A stretch of DNA of 63,326 nucleotides, filler included, from Octopus bimaculoides (GCF_001194135.2; 4 parts of 4 records of this genome joined end to end with filler, not necessarily neighbours in it), one strand, 5' to 3'; shown: positions 9,512 to 21,712, counted from the first letter of the whole stretch. The notes: generated by a model not told the origin, from the letters alone. Translations and numbers: made by a program.

Positions 9512-9906
9512 CATAGGAGTGGCTGTGTGGTAAGTAGCTTGCTTACCAACCACATGTTTTCAGGTTCAGTCCCACTGCGTGGCACCTTGGGCAAGTGTCT
9601 ACTACTATAGCCTCAAACCGACCAAAGACCTGTGAGTGGATTTGGTAGACGGAAACTGAAAGAAGCCCATCGTATATATGTATATGTATATGTTTGTGTG
9701 TCTGTGCTTGTCCCCCCTGTTCATCATCACTTGACAACCGATGCTGGTGTGTTTACGTCCCCGTAACTTAGTGGTTCAGCAAAAGAGACCGATAGAATAA
9801 GTACTAGGCTTACAAAGAATAAGTCCTGAGGTCAATTTGCTTGACTAAAGGCGGTGCTCCAGCATGGCCAAAGTCAAATGACTGAAACAATTAAGAGTAA
9901 AAGAGT
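9512..9906 (+). mobile_element. Full-length SINE-B (tRNA head plus CORE-like TTGGGCAAGTGTCT block)
   Basis: GGAGTGGCTGTGTGGTAAGTAGCTTGC head, GGTTCAGTCCC B-box-like motif, tail GTCAAATGACTGAAACAA(TAAAAGAG)n. Octopus tRNA-derived SINEs (OK, OR1, OR2) are published, but I cannot map my labels to those names. Confidence 0.9.
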
Positions 9907-10109
9907 ATATCTTTAGTGCTATGGCTTTTTTGAGCTATCAATTAAATAAGTACCATGTGTAGGTATAGCCCACTGCTATACACAGCAAAATCACTTTGTA
10001 TGATTTGTGTCTTTTGTTAGCAGATATGCCTGCTCCAAGGACCCTTTTGACTTAGAGAATTGTCTCTTTGTCTTTTAATCTTTTACTTGTATCAGTCATT
10101 AGACTGCAG

Positions 10110-10360
10110 CTAATCGTAGAATACACTTGCCCAAGGTGCCACACATTGGGACTAAATCTGGAACCATGTGGTTGGAAAGCAAGCTTCTTACCACACAACC
10201 ACACTGATGGGTTTCTTTTGGCTTCCATCAACCAAATCCATTCACAAAGTTTTTGTTGGTCTGAGACTATAGTAGAAAATATTTGCCCAACGTGCCACAC
10301 AGTGGGACTGAACCTGGAACCATGTGGTTGGGAAGCAAACTCTTTACCACACAGCCATGC
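10110..10360 (-). mobile_element. Two head-to-tail SINE-B 5' fragments
   Basis: GGAACCATGTGGTTGG.AAGCAA..TT.TTACCACACA occurs twice (~10160-10200 and ~10316-10355). Confidence 0.8.
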
Positions 10361-10526
10361 AGATACCTATAGAGCTCAAGCATAAAGATCTCAAGCAAGA
10401 CCTGTATACACGGATATAAAGCTCAGCTGAACCCAACAATAGAATACAGACACCTACACCCAAGATTCCACTCCGGATACCCAACTCATTCATTCACTCT
10501 TTCATCTTTTTTCTTCTCATCATCCA

Positions 10527-10770
10527 TATTTCCTTTTCTACTCAAGGCACAAGACCCCAATTTTTTGGAGAGCGGGCCTGTCGATTAGATCGAGACCAGT
10601 ACACGACTGGTACTTAATTTATCGACCCCGAAAGGATGAAAGACAAAGTCGACCTCAGTGGAATTTGAACTCAGAATGTAAAGACAGATGAAATACCAAT
10701 TTCTTTATTGCCCACTGGAGGCTAAACATAGAAATGGACAGAACAACTGATGGGATCAGTAAATTGGTAT
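10527..10770 (-). mobile_element. SINE-A copy joined to the tail of a second SINE-A variant
   Basis: Reverse-complement SINE-A body, interrupted at ~10700 by TTCTTTATTGCCCAC..GGCTAAACATAG. Confidence 0.8.
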
Positions 10771-11245
10771 GACTTTTAAAAATTAAATAAAATATATAAA
10801 AATCGAATGAAATTAACAATACAGGGACAATACAAATGAAGCGCTGATCAGACCATGCTCCAACCCCACAAGCCCCGATCTATTGCTGGTACCTTTTTTG
10901 TTTTTCTTTTTCCGTCTATTCACACAGTTCCTTGCACGCACAACGCTCGTGCAACATGCTTCCATCTCTTTTGGAACGTACACTCCGACAGACATCTCTT
11001 CTCCAGCCACACCTTCCTTTTCAAATGAAAAGTAAAAAAATGATCGTAAATTGTGGCCAGTGATAAAGACAGACAAAATACCGCTAAGCATTTCGCCTGG
11101 TGTGCTAACGTTTCTGCCAGTTCATATTGAATTTACTCCGAGCTTTGCACTAACTGCTCCCTTCAGTCCTTTCTACCCAGATTACCAATCTTCTGGAATC
11201 CCTTCACTGACCTTATTTTTCCTGCAGCCACCCATTTGCTAGTGC

Positions 11246-11474
11246 TTAATTCTTTAGCATTTAAACTAGCCACACATAGACCACATTTCTACCAGTTTTA
11301 TTTCCAAACCAGCAAGATCTGACCTCTCACACCTCCTGGCAATGTCATTCTTAAAAAGATTAATCACATCATTGAAATCTCAAAGCTAAGAAATGACATT
11401 CATAATTAATCAAAAACAATGTGAGTAAATAAATATTACCTTTGACAGGGTAAATCTAAATGCTGGAGAGTTAA
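11246..11474. mobile_element. TTAA-flanked MITE, piggyBac-like
   Basis: Starts TTAATTCTTTAGCATT, ends AATGCTGGAGAGTTAA: imperfect inverted termini bounded by TTAA. Confidence 0.55.
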
Positions 11475-12939
11475 GAGGAACATCAACTGCTCTGATCTGA
11501 CCAGTTTCAGGAGACATGTGTAGGCTATGAATGCAGACTCTATCTTCCTGATCAAACCATTAGAAAGAAGAGTCTAACAGCAAAATACTTTATTATTTCA
11601 TTCTACTTGGCCATTTTCACCAAAGCATGGTTTTTATTGAAACTGCATGTCAATTTTGTTTTAAAAAAAACGTCACATAATTCTGAACTTATTCATGGTA
11701 ACTTTCTATGAAAAGCTAAGTTGCTATTATTTCCCATAGCTAGATAAGTTGAGACAATGATAAATTACTTGTTCGTTTTTCTCTTTCATATATACACCAA
11801 GCATATTCCCAGTCTATTCCTGTACTTTATCAAGCAGAAGATATAATCTAAAAGACTGTAGGAAAAATGCCTGAGGGTGACTTGTAATGGTATGATTAAA
11901 ATATTGTTTAACAGCCAATAAAGCTTGAATGAATCTGAAGTAAAATATCTTTATTATAGTAAAATATTTCTCCTAATCATTCATTTCATTTTATTCCTGC
12001 ACTTCCATGAATTTAATTACTTATTTCAAAAAATTTATAATGAGTAAAGAAAATACTCATAAATACTTGAAATTCAGATCTATGAAATCACGTCATCTAC
12101 ACTTTACCAGTTTAGCCAAAGTTTTTTTCCCCTGTTTTTTCTTTCTCTTTTCTTTTCTATTTTTTCGGTTTATTTATTTATTACTTTTTTTTATGTAGTG
12201 TTGCAGAATAATTTTATTATTAGTGTTTTTCATACTAAAGTTGACAAGAATGATCTTTAAAAGAAGAGTATATTAAAGTCTAATGTGACAATTGAGTATT
12301 ATTGTCAGAGAGCTTATTGTAGAGCCTTAAATAGACTGATGGCTATTTCAACAATGGAAATGCGGGTTCAATTCCCACTGGGTTCTTACATTATATTTAT
12401 TTTCATAAACTAACTGTATATTTGGGTAAAAAATGAAAAAAGAAAAAAACTTAACAGTACTGTTTAAAAAAATGTAAACAGATATTTATGATTCAATTCT
12501 CATTTACAACCCCACCATCACCGAAAAAGAAATAAAATCTAAATTGAATTTTTTTTCCTTTTTTTATACAAATCTATTCTGTTTATTTACATATTTGTTT
12601 TATCTTCTTCAATAAAATTTCTTTTTATCTATTTTTTGCTTCAGATAGAATTAAATTTTTTGAGAAATAAGTCTAAAAAAATATACAATTTTGTCATATT
12701 CAATGATTTTATCTCATGTTTTAGAAAATAAGTACAAAATTTTCTTCGGGGGGAAAAAAAATGTTCTTTTGTCCAAGATTTTATGAGATTTTGAAGGATA
12801 ATGGTTCCATCATCAGCAAGAAAAAAAAGAAAGGAAAAAAATTAGCAAAGAAAAAGAAAGACAAAACAAAATATTATATAAATATATATTATATACATGT
12901 ATGTATTTTTGAGAGAGTGTTGTTGTTTATGTACTGTGT

Positions 12940-12943
12940 AAGG

Positions 12944-13028
<85 letters not shown>

Positions 13029-13325
13029 TCTGACAAGCATATATCTATTTATGTCTATGTGTCAGAGGGTATATGATTAAAATATGAATGCATATACAAA
13101 TATGTGACATACATACATAAACACACATGCATTTATATATATAAGCATATATGTGTGTGTGTGTGTGGGGGTGTGTGTGTGTGTGTGTGTGTGTATTGTG
13201 TATGTATGAATATACATATGAATGCATGAGCGTTATGAAATATATATTTGTTTGTATGGGTATATTATACAAATATATATGTATTTATATACATCCACAT
13301 CTATATACATGTGTGTGTGTATGCA

Positions 13326-13402
<77 letters not shown>

Positions 13403-13530
13403 GTATATATATACACATACACATATAGACAGATAAGTAGATAGTTACATATATACATGCATACATACATACATGCATGTATGCATACACACATACATAC
13501 ATTAATACACACGCACACATATATATTGTA
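12940..13530. repeat. Compound (TA)n/(GA)n/(TG)n/(CATA)n microsatellite field
   Basis: Direct reading; accounts for the cluster of YIYI/CVCV pseudo-ORFs. Confidence 0.95.
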
Positions 13531-13914
13531 CAAACGATGTAAAAATGGAAAAAGGAATATAAATATCTTTGTAGGTCAAGATATAGACATTTGCTGCTAT
13601 ATATGGTTTTCAGTAATTGATTTAATCAGACAGGATACAAAACTGGAATGTTTTCATTGGCCGGTAAAAATATTTTAAATATTTGCTTTCTGTTTTCTTT
13701 GCAAGCAATTTCCCGTTGCCATTAAATTTTATATACAAGCCAGGAGAAATAAAATATTTAGTTCTTCTGTCATTGATCAAATCATATAACGTATCAATAA
13801 TTATTCCTCATACATTCAATTTCAGACAAGAATCATTTCCTTGAATCTTTCTTGAACCACCTTTGACGAAACTTTGAAGTAGAAGTAATTCTTTCTCTCT
13901 CTCTCTCTACATAC

Positions 13915-13969
<55 letters not shown>

Positions 13970-13983
13970 GTGTATATTTATAG

Positions 13984-14038
13984 TTATAGCCGACGAGAAT
14001 GCTCTTCGCTCCGACATTTGAAACTCTGAGTACTAAAA
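13984..14038 (+). ncRNA. Minimal type I hammerhead-like motif with U4C change
   Basis: TAG (stem I) - CCGACGA (13990-13996) - GAATG..CATTT (stem II) - GAA - ACTC T GAGT (stem III) - A (GUA triplet) - CTA (stem I'). Confidence 0.6.
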
Positions 14039-14124
14039 TGACAACTTACTGATTGTCCTAAGCAATACTTATATAAGTAATCCTCTATTTACCTACTATT
14101 GAGGTCTCATTCTTTTCTTGTCAC

Positions 14125-14125
<1 letters not shown>

Positions 14126-14218
<93 letters not shown>
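14126..14218. repeat. (TTA)n microsatellite
   Basis: Direct reading. Confidence 0.98.
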
Positions 14219-14223
<5 letters not shown>

Positions 14224-14244
14224 GTTCATCTATACATTTATGTA

Positions 14245-14287
<43 letters not shown>

Positions 14288-14567
14288 TACACACACACAC
14301 ATATAAATATACACACACTATAAGTATTTGTGTATATCTATTTATATATATTCATATACATACAAACATGTCTGTATATATTTATATATATGTATATATG
14401 TTTGTATGTGTGTATACATACATATATATCTATATGAACTTCCATTATGCAGTTGGGGAGTACATTTTCATTGCACATCTTATGTGGTCTTCTCACTACA
14501 TAAATAAATGAAGTTTGTACGAAACGTACGTACTGCTATAACCTATTGAATTTTTGTTGCTTTTCTT

Positions 14568-14625
<58 letters not shown>

Positions 14626-15785
14626 AATATATTCGTATATGCACATATTATATACTCATGTGCATATACACATACATATATGGATGGATGGATATAAATA
14701 TATATATATATATATATGTAAATACATGTCTGCTATGCAATACTGCTCAGTAAATTCATTTCTGCCACCAGTGGTGCACATATAAATTAATTAGGTGCAA
14801 TTAGAAATAAATGACTCCCTTATACTATACACTGCTACACCATGATACCACCAACAGGAAGACTCAGAAAGACTAATTTTAATTCTTGTTGATATTTTGT
14901 CAATAACTGATTACTCTTCAGTGACTGTCTACAGTGATATTGTATATACACCTTCCATTATTAACTGCTGCATTAAGTTGGGTACATCTAGTTGTATGAT
15001 TAATATATTCATGGAAACTAGTTCAGTTCAATTAATACATTATTGAAGCATTTGCAAGTTTGCTTATAATGCTACGTTAAACTATAGAATGAATCAGATT
15101 TCAGCCTATACTGCATGGGCAAATTAATTAAATGCACAGACATTCATATATAGCTTCATGTTGTTAGTGTTTTTTTTATATATATATTTTTACCCTACAT
15201 TGAAAAAGAGGATTCAGTTGAAATAGTTTCAATTTTGTCAAGGTTTCATCAGTAACTGACTCTCCTTCTCTGTCTGCTCTTCAGAATATGTGTATTTATT
15301 GAGACAGTTAATAATTAAAGCAAACTATCTGCTAAGAATGCATCATTTATGCAAATTGGTGTATCCAATTTAATGAATTCCTTAATAATAGCAGTGAAAA
15401 TGCAATAATACTACTGTGAATATTAGAAAGCATTGGTTGTACAATGCTCTGGCGCAAACATGCACTGCATTTTACCAAAGCTAATCCTCTTTATAATTAG
15501 CTTTGCTATAACTATTTCTGTGACTTTCATAACTTGGTCAATCACTTTGATTCATCAATAGTCGCTTTCTTCTTTCTAGAGAATCTTATATGTCCTTGTC
15601 ACAGCTGTTGATGAAATTATTGCATTTGTCATAAGTTATGGCATTTACCTGTACAGGTGCAGGAGTGGCTGTATGGTAAGTAGTGTGCTTACTAACCACA
15701 TGGTTCCAGTTTGAACTCAGAACATAAAGACAAAATACTGTTAAGCATTTCACCCAGCATGCTAATGTTTGTTGTCCTCTTTAAC

Positions 15786-15816
<31 letters not shown>

Positions 15817-16255
15817 GATGTACAGATGCACAGTCAGACATATAGATAGACGGTATTTACACACGAACATGCTCATGTTGATACACACACATGCACGCAT
15901 ACACACACACACACATACACATAATATATATATATATTAACAGTATTTATACATTCATGTGGAATAATATTTCTCACAAAATTAATTCAGTCATTAGAGG
16001 CATACACTTGCCTGATGTATCACAAACACACATACACACACACACACACAAACACACACAAACACACACACACTTGTGCACACACATGAACTTCTACTTT
16101 ACACAGACATTCTAATATCTTTCTACAATTGTATGTTTTTATGCAGCAAAGTGCTGAAGTCATTTACATGTGTGATTAATAGCATTATGTGATATTATGT
16201 ATGTTTATTTATTTACACATATATATATATATATATATATAAAGTCTGTCATACC

Positions 16256-16295
16256 GGCCATGACGAAGGGAAATAGCCCTGAAACTCGAGTCGCC
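16256..16295 (+). ncRNA. Minimal type I hammerhead-like motif with one extra A in the core
   Basis: GGC - C(A)TGACGA - AGGG aaatag CCCT - GAA - ACTCGAGT (palindrome) - C (GUC triplet) - GCC, between two (TA)n tracts. Confidence 0.7.
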
Positions 16296-17148
16296 TTTAT
16301 ATATATATATTCATATTTATATATTTATATATTTGATCCTTTATATTGAACACTCAATATTTCATCTACATTCAATACTTTCTTTCATGGTGCCATCCAT
16401 TTTTATTTTATTTTATATTATATATTGTATATTGTATATCATATTATATATTGTATATTCCATATTCTATACCCCACATTAGTTCTGCAGGAATATAAAT
16501 AAAACATAAAAATCAGACAGTGTTGGAACTCTTTTAAGCAANNNNNNNNNNNNNNNNNNNNNNNNNNNNNNNNNNNNNNNNNNNNNNNNNNNNNNNNNNN
16601 NNNNNNNNNNNNNNNNNNNNNNNNNNNNNNNNNNNNNNNNNNNNNNNNNNNNNNNNNNNNNNNNNNNNNNNNNNNNNNNNNNNNNNNNNNNNNNNNNNNN
16701 NNNNNNNNNNNNNNNNNNNNNNNNNNNNNNNNNNNNNNNNNNNNNNNNNNNNNNNNNNNNNNNNNNNNNNNNNNNNNNNNNNNNNNNNNNNNNNNNNNNN
16801 NNNNNNNNNNNNNNNNNNNNNNNNNNNNNNNNNNNNNNNNNNNNNNNNNNNNNNNNNNNNNNNNNNNNNNNNNNNNNNNNNNNNNNNNNNNNNNNNTACA
16901 TATACATACATAGAGATAGATAGATAAATACATACATGCATACATATATACATACATAAATACATACATATATACATAAATGCATACATACATGCATACG
17001 GACAGACAGACAGATACAGACAGACAGACAGACAGATACAGACAGACAGATACATACATACTTAAATACATACATACATATATACATACATACATACATA
17101 TATACATACATACATACATACATAGAGAGATAGATAGTTAGATAGATG

Positions 17149-17182
<34 letters not shown>

Positions 17183-17449
17183 ATGATGGATAGATTGGTA
17201 AAAAGTAAAAGTGGAAACAGCATGGAAGTATATTGAAAGACTCATTATATGTCTTTCTTTAATCGGTCAAGATAAGTATTTTTTTATATTTGTAACATTA
17301 AGTGGCTTTTATAAAATATTACCAGTTTCAATGTGTATATCCGTCTTATCAAATATTAAAAATTTGAACGCAACAATTAGGAAATAAGAAAAAAATTAAA
17401 AATCTAAACAGTTTGTTTTCATATTCTGTGCATTGTTAAGAAAATGTAG

Positions 17450-17590
17450 TGTAGCTCTGTGGTAAGAAGCTTGCTTCTCAACCACATGGTTCCAGGTTCG
17501 GTTTCACTATGTGACATCTTGAGAAAGTGTCTTCAGAGCCTTGTGAGTGAATTCGGTAGATGGAAACGGAAAGGAGCTTGTTGTGTATGT
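17450..17590 (+). mobile_element. SINE-B 5' half
   Basis: GTGTGGTAAGAAGCTTGCTTCTCAACCACATGGTTCCAGGTTCG head and core. Confidence 0.8.
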
Positions 17591-17651
17591 ATATATATAT
17601 ATCTATATGTATATATATATCTAAATATATATGTATATATATATCTATCTA

Positions 17652-17687
<36 letters not shown>

Positions 17688-17692
<5 letters not shown>

Positions 17693-17814
17693 GTGGTCGG
17701 AGGATTGTGGTTTCGGTTCCCAGACCGGGCGTTGTGAGTGTTTATTGAGCGAAAACACCTAAAAGCTCCATGAGGTTCCGGCAGGGGGTGGTGACGACCA
17801 CTGTTGTACTCTTT
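17688..17814 (+). mobile_element. SINE-C 5' part (truncated by gap)
   Basis: GACCGGGCGTTGTGAGTGTTTATTGAGCGAAAACACCTAAAAGCTCCA, shared with 54299-54689 and 30622-30994. Confidence 0.85.
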
Positions 17815-18579
17815 NNNNNNNNNNNNNNNNNNNNNNNNNNNNNNNNNNNNNNNNNNNNNNNNNNNNNNNNNNNNNNNNNNNNNNNNNNNNNNNNNNNNNN
17901 NNNNNNNNNNNNNNNNNNNNNNNNNNNNNNNNNNNNNNNNNNNNNNNNNNNNNNNNNNNNNNNNNNNNNNNNNNNNNNNNNNNNNNNNNNNNNNNNNNNN
18001 NNNNNNNNNNNNNNNNNNNNNNNNNNNNNNNNNNNNNNNNNNNNNNNNNNNNNNNNNNNNNNNNNNNNNNNNNNNNNNNNNNNNNNNNNNNNNNNNNNNN
18101 NNNNNNNNNNNNNNNNNNNNNNNNNNNNNNNNNNNNNNNNNNNNNNNNNNNNNNNNNNNNNNNNNNNNNNNNNNNNNNNNNNNNNNNNNNNNNNNNNNTA
18201 TATATATATATATATATATATAACAATTTGAAAATCCTACACGATTAGGTGAAAAGCGCTTTATCTAATTTATAAAAATGTGACATTAATAAAAATCTGT
18301 AAATGTACAAACATCCAGATTTCTGAGTACCTTAATTTTTTTCTATAATATAATTTCTGTACATCACCTCCAAACCTTCCAATATATATATTAATCAAAG
18401 GACATACTGAGTATGTCTACCTGCTGGAAATAACAGTCAAAAACTCTTATTTAAACTGCCAAAACAATAACACTGATAATAACTACAGAAATCAACCATC
18501 CGTGAGCTAACAGGTCAAGAAAATCATTCAACATACCTATATAGCATCCGGTTATATATTTTCTAGTATTTGGACTCAC

Positions 18580-18636
18580 GTGGACTGGTTTCTGGACTGT
18601 TATTACAACTTCACCTTCCTCAGCATGTTTTACCAT
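18580..18636 (-). CDS. Candidate first coding exon of an unidentified gene (speculative)
   Basis: ATG in ATCATGG context, 19 codons MVKHAEEGEVVITVQKPVH, then GTGAGT donor (18579-18574). An alternative AG|GTATGT donor follows 18537. No homolog recognised and no downstream exon found. Confidence 0.2.
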
Positions 18637-18781
18637 GATGAGAAATCCCCCAACCCGTCACATTGAAGTCTGCGCTGCACCGATTTGTTTTGCGCCAAAT
18701 CATTGCAGTCTCAGTGTGAAAATAATTTCAATAAGGATCAAATAATTGAGCAGAAAATATTTATAATGTATGTGTGCACTG

Positions 18782-18819
<38 letters not shown>

Positions 18820-19133
18820 ATGTAGGTTTCTTTGTGTTGACATTGCATGCTAATTGTAAACGAGTGGTGTTGTTGTTTATTTGCAAACTTCCATGACAAT
18901 GTCTGATCGTTGTACTGTTCATGTTTGAAAGATCAAGAGAAATATTATCTTACTTGGAAACAGGTGATGTTTGAAACAACAAAAGCATCCAACCATGGAA
19001 AATCAGTGCCAATGAATTTTGTGTGACCCATGTAAGCATGAAAAAGTGAATGTTAAAAGATGATTATATGCATATAACTAATTACATGTATATATTATAT
19101 ACTTACATACATATAATACACACACATATACAT

Positions 19134-19171
<38 letters not shown>

Positions 19172-19172
<1 letters not shown>

Positions 19173-19466
19173 ATATCAAAGGCAGATTAACTACAAAGTT
19201 AGTCTTTGTATGTGGCAGATGTTCAGGTGCAATAAACACTGTGAACAAACAGGAAACAACTTCTATCTCATTCCAAGGAGAAAAACTAGAGGTAGTTGAT
19301 AGCTTCCGCTATCTGGGTGACCAAGTTAGTAGTGGGGGTGGGTGTGCTGAAAGTGTAACTGCTAGAATAAGAATAGCCTGGGCCAAGTTTAGAGAGCTCT
19401 TACCTCTGCTGGCGACAAAGGGACTCTCACTCAGGGTAAAAGGCAGACTGTATGACGCATGTGTAC
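19172..19466 (+). mobile_element. RTE-clade LINE fragment (C-terminal part of RT), truncated by gap
   Basis: Stop-free KLEVVDSFRYLGDQVSSGGGCAESVTARIRIAWAKFRELLPLLATKGLSLRVKGRLYDACV matches the FxYLG and ARI..AW..FREL pattern of RTE RTs. Confidence 0.85.
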
Positions 19467-20436
19467 NNNNNNNNNNNNNNNNNNNNNNNNNNNNNNNNNN
19501 NNNNNNNNNNNNNNNNNNNNNNNNNNNNNNNNNNNNNNNNNNNNNNNNNNNNNNNNNNNNNNNNNNNNNNNNNNNNNNNNNNNNNNNNNNNNNNNNNNNN
19601 NNNNNNNNNNNNNNNNNNNNNNNNNNNNNNNNNNNNNNNNNNNNNNNNNNNNNNNNNNNNNNNNNNNNNNNNNNNNNNNNNNNNNNNNNNNNNNNNNNNN
19701 NNNNNNNNNNNNNNNNNNNNNNNNNNNNNNNNNNNNNNNNNNNNNNNNNNNNNNNNNNNNNNNNNNNNNNNNNNNNNNNNNNNNNNNNNNNNNNNNNNNN
19801 NNNNNNNNNNNNNNNNNNNNNNNNNNNNNNNNNNNNNNNNNNNNNNNNNNNNNNNNNNNNNNNNNNNNNNNNNNNNNNNNNNNNNNNNNNNNNNNNNNNN
19901 NNNNNNNNNNNNNNNNNNNNNNNNNNNNNNNNNNNNNNNNNNNNNNNNNNNNNNNNNNNNNNNNNNNNNNNNNNNNNNNNNNNNNNNNNNNNNNNNNNNN
20001 NNNNNNNNNNNNNNNNNNNNNNNNNNNNNNNNNNNNNNNNNNNNNNNNNNNNNNNNNNNNNNNNNNNNNNNNNNNNNNNNNNNNNNNNNNNNNNNNNNNN
20101 NNNNNNNNNNNNNNNNNNNNNNNNNNNNNNNNNNNNNNNNNNNNNNNNNNNNNNNNNNNNNNNNNNNNNNNNNNNNNNNNNNNNNNNNNNNNNNNNNNNN
20201 NNNNNNNNNNNNNNNNNNNNNNNNNNNNNNNNNNNNNNNNNNNNNNNNNNNNNNNNNNNNNNNNNNNNNNNNNNNNNNNNNNNNNNNNNNNNNNNNNNNN
20301 NNNNNNNNNNNNNNNNNNNNNNNNNNNNNNNNNNNNNNNNNNNNNNNNNNNNNNNNNNNNNNNNNNNNNNNNNNNNNNNNNNNNNNNNNNNNNNNNNNNN
20401 NNNNNNNNNNNNNNNNTAATACACACACATATACAT

Positions 20437-20477
<41 letters not shown>

Positions 20478-20499
20478 TATATTTATATATTTACATACA

Positions 20500-21389
20500 T
20501 AAGGATGCAGTGAATATATTGTCATTTAAATTACACAAACATGGAAGTAACACTGACATCTCATTTTAACAGATATATTTACCAAAATTACATGAAAATA
20601 TCTTGAAATACTAAAGAGTAAATTTACTCAATAAAATCGCCATTGGCTTCAACCACGACCTCCAGATGACTTCGGAATCTCCTGCAACTCTTCTGGATGG
20701 TCTCCTTGTTTAAGTTGGTCAATGCTGCCATAATCCTTGCCTACAGTTCATTCTTAGTATTACAAGGGGTTTTGTTGGTCTCTCGCTCAATTGTACCCTA
20801 CACATAATAATCAAGGGGGTTGCAGTCTGGGGAGTTAGGCGACCAGATGTTAGGGATGATGTGGTCGCAGAAATTGTCTGATAGCCATGAATGGGTTCTC
20901 CTGCTTGTGTGACATGGTGCAGAGTCCTCTTGTCTGACATAGGGTCTTTCAGTAGCTACCATCTGGACCCATGCCAGCACTATCTTCTCCAGGTATTTGA
21001 TGTAGGCCTCCATCTTGTGTGAGAGGTCATGTGGGAAGATGAATGGAGACATAACGCCCCCATCACTAGTGATCACTCGAAACACCATGATGTTGACTGG
21101 ATGTTTGATTCTCATTACGCTCGGTACGTTTTGGGGACATAGCAAGTCAACGGTTATTCTGTGTGTTCACCATTTGTTCATATTGGAGCTTCTGTTTTGA
21201 ATACCAAGCAGTACATCATGTTGTTTCCAAATTTCTGGCAGAGTGAACTGTGTCATGGTGCTGCTTTTCTCACAGACAGTGCCCAATGGACCCTAATATA
21301 TTGTGTAGTCAACAAAATCAGAAACAAACAATGTGCGTGCGTGAAATTAAAAATATAAAATGGTGACAATTTACCCATTGCATCCTGTA
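20500..21389 (-). mobile_element. Internally deleted Tc1/mariner element of the DD37D (maT-like) group with both TIRs
   Basis: Minus ORF 20798-21145 has QEDSAPCHTS and WSPNSPDCNPLDYY, with 37 residues between the second and third D. Imperfect ~26-bp TIRs at 20500-20525 (TAAGGATGCAGTGAATATATTGTCA) and 21364-21389, in TA-rich flanks. Confidence 0.85.
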
Positions 21390-21564
21390 TATATGCATGT
21401 ATATATATATATATATATATATNNNNNNNNNNNNNNNNNNNNNNNNNNNNNNNNNNNNNNNNNNNNNNNNNNNNNNNNNNNNNNNNNNNNNNNNNNNNNN
21501 NNNNATATAGTGTATATATATATATATATAAACAATAGAATGTATATATATTCAATATATTGGT

Positions 21565-21712
21565 TTCAGATTTCGGTACAAAAGTTGATTACGTCAACCC
21601 CAGTGCTCCACTCGTACTTATTTTATCAACCCTGAAAGAATGAAAGGCGAAGTTGACCTCAGCAAAATTTAAACTCATGATATAAGGAGCTGGAAGAAAA
21701 ACTGCTAAGCAC
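21565..21712 (-). mobile_element. SINE-A copy (diverged)
   Basis: TCAACCCTGAAAGAATGAAAGGCGAAGTTGACCTCAGCAAAATTTAAACTCA is the reverse complement of the SINE-A body. Confidence 0.7.

Noticed and set aside
12761-14511. Many YIYI/CVCV/HTHT ORFs (also at 5.6-5.9, 42.6-43.4, 58.4-59.1 and 62.9-63.3 kb)
   Set aside because: Di- and trinucleotide microsatellites lack stops in some frames.
15580-15660. Possible plus-strand exon RILYVLVTAVDEIIAFVISYGIYLY after a pyrimidine-rich AG
   Set aside because: Short, no recognisable homology, and the only good donor lies inside a SINE-B head.
19427-20525. 300-400-aa ORFs spanning N gaps (also at 7.1, 16.4, 17.8, 23.8, 48.4 and 60.0 kb)
   Set aside because: Their length comes from X residues; only 19172-19466 has real homology (RTE).
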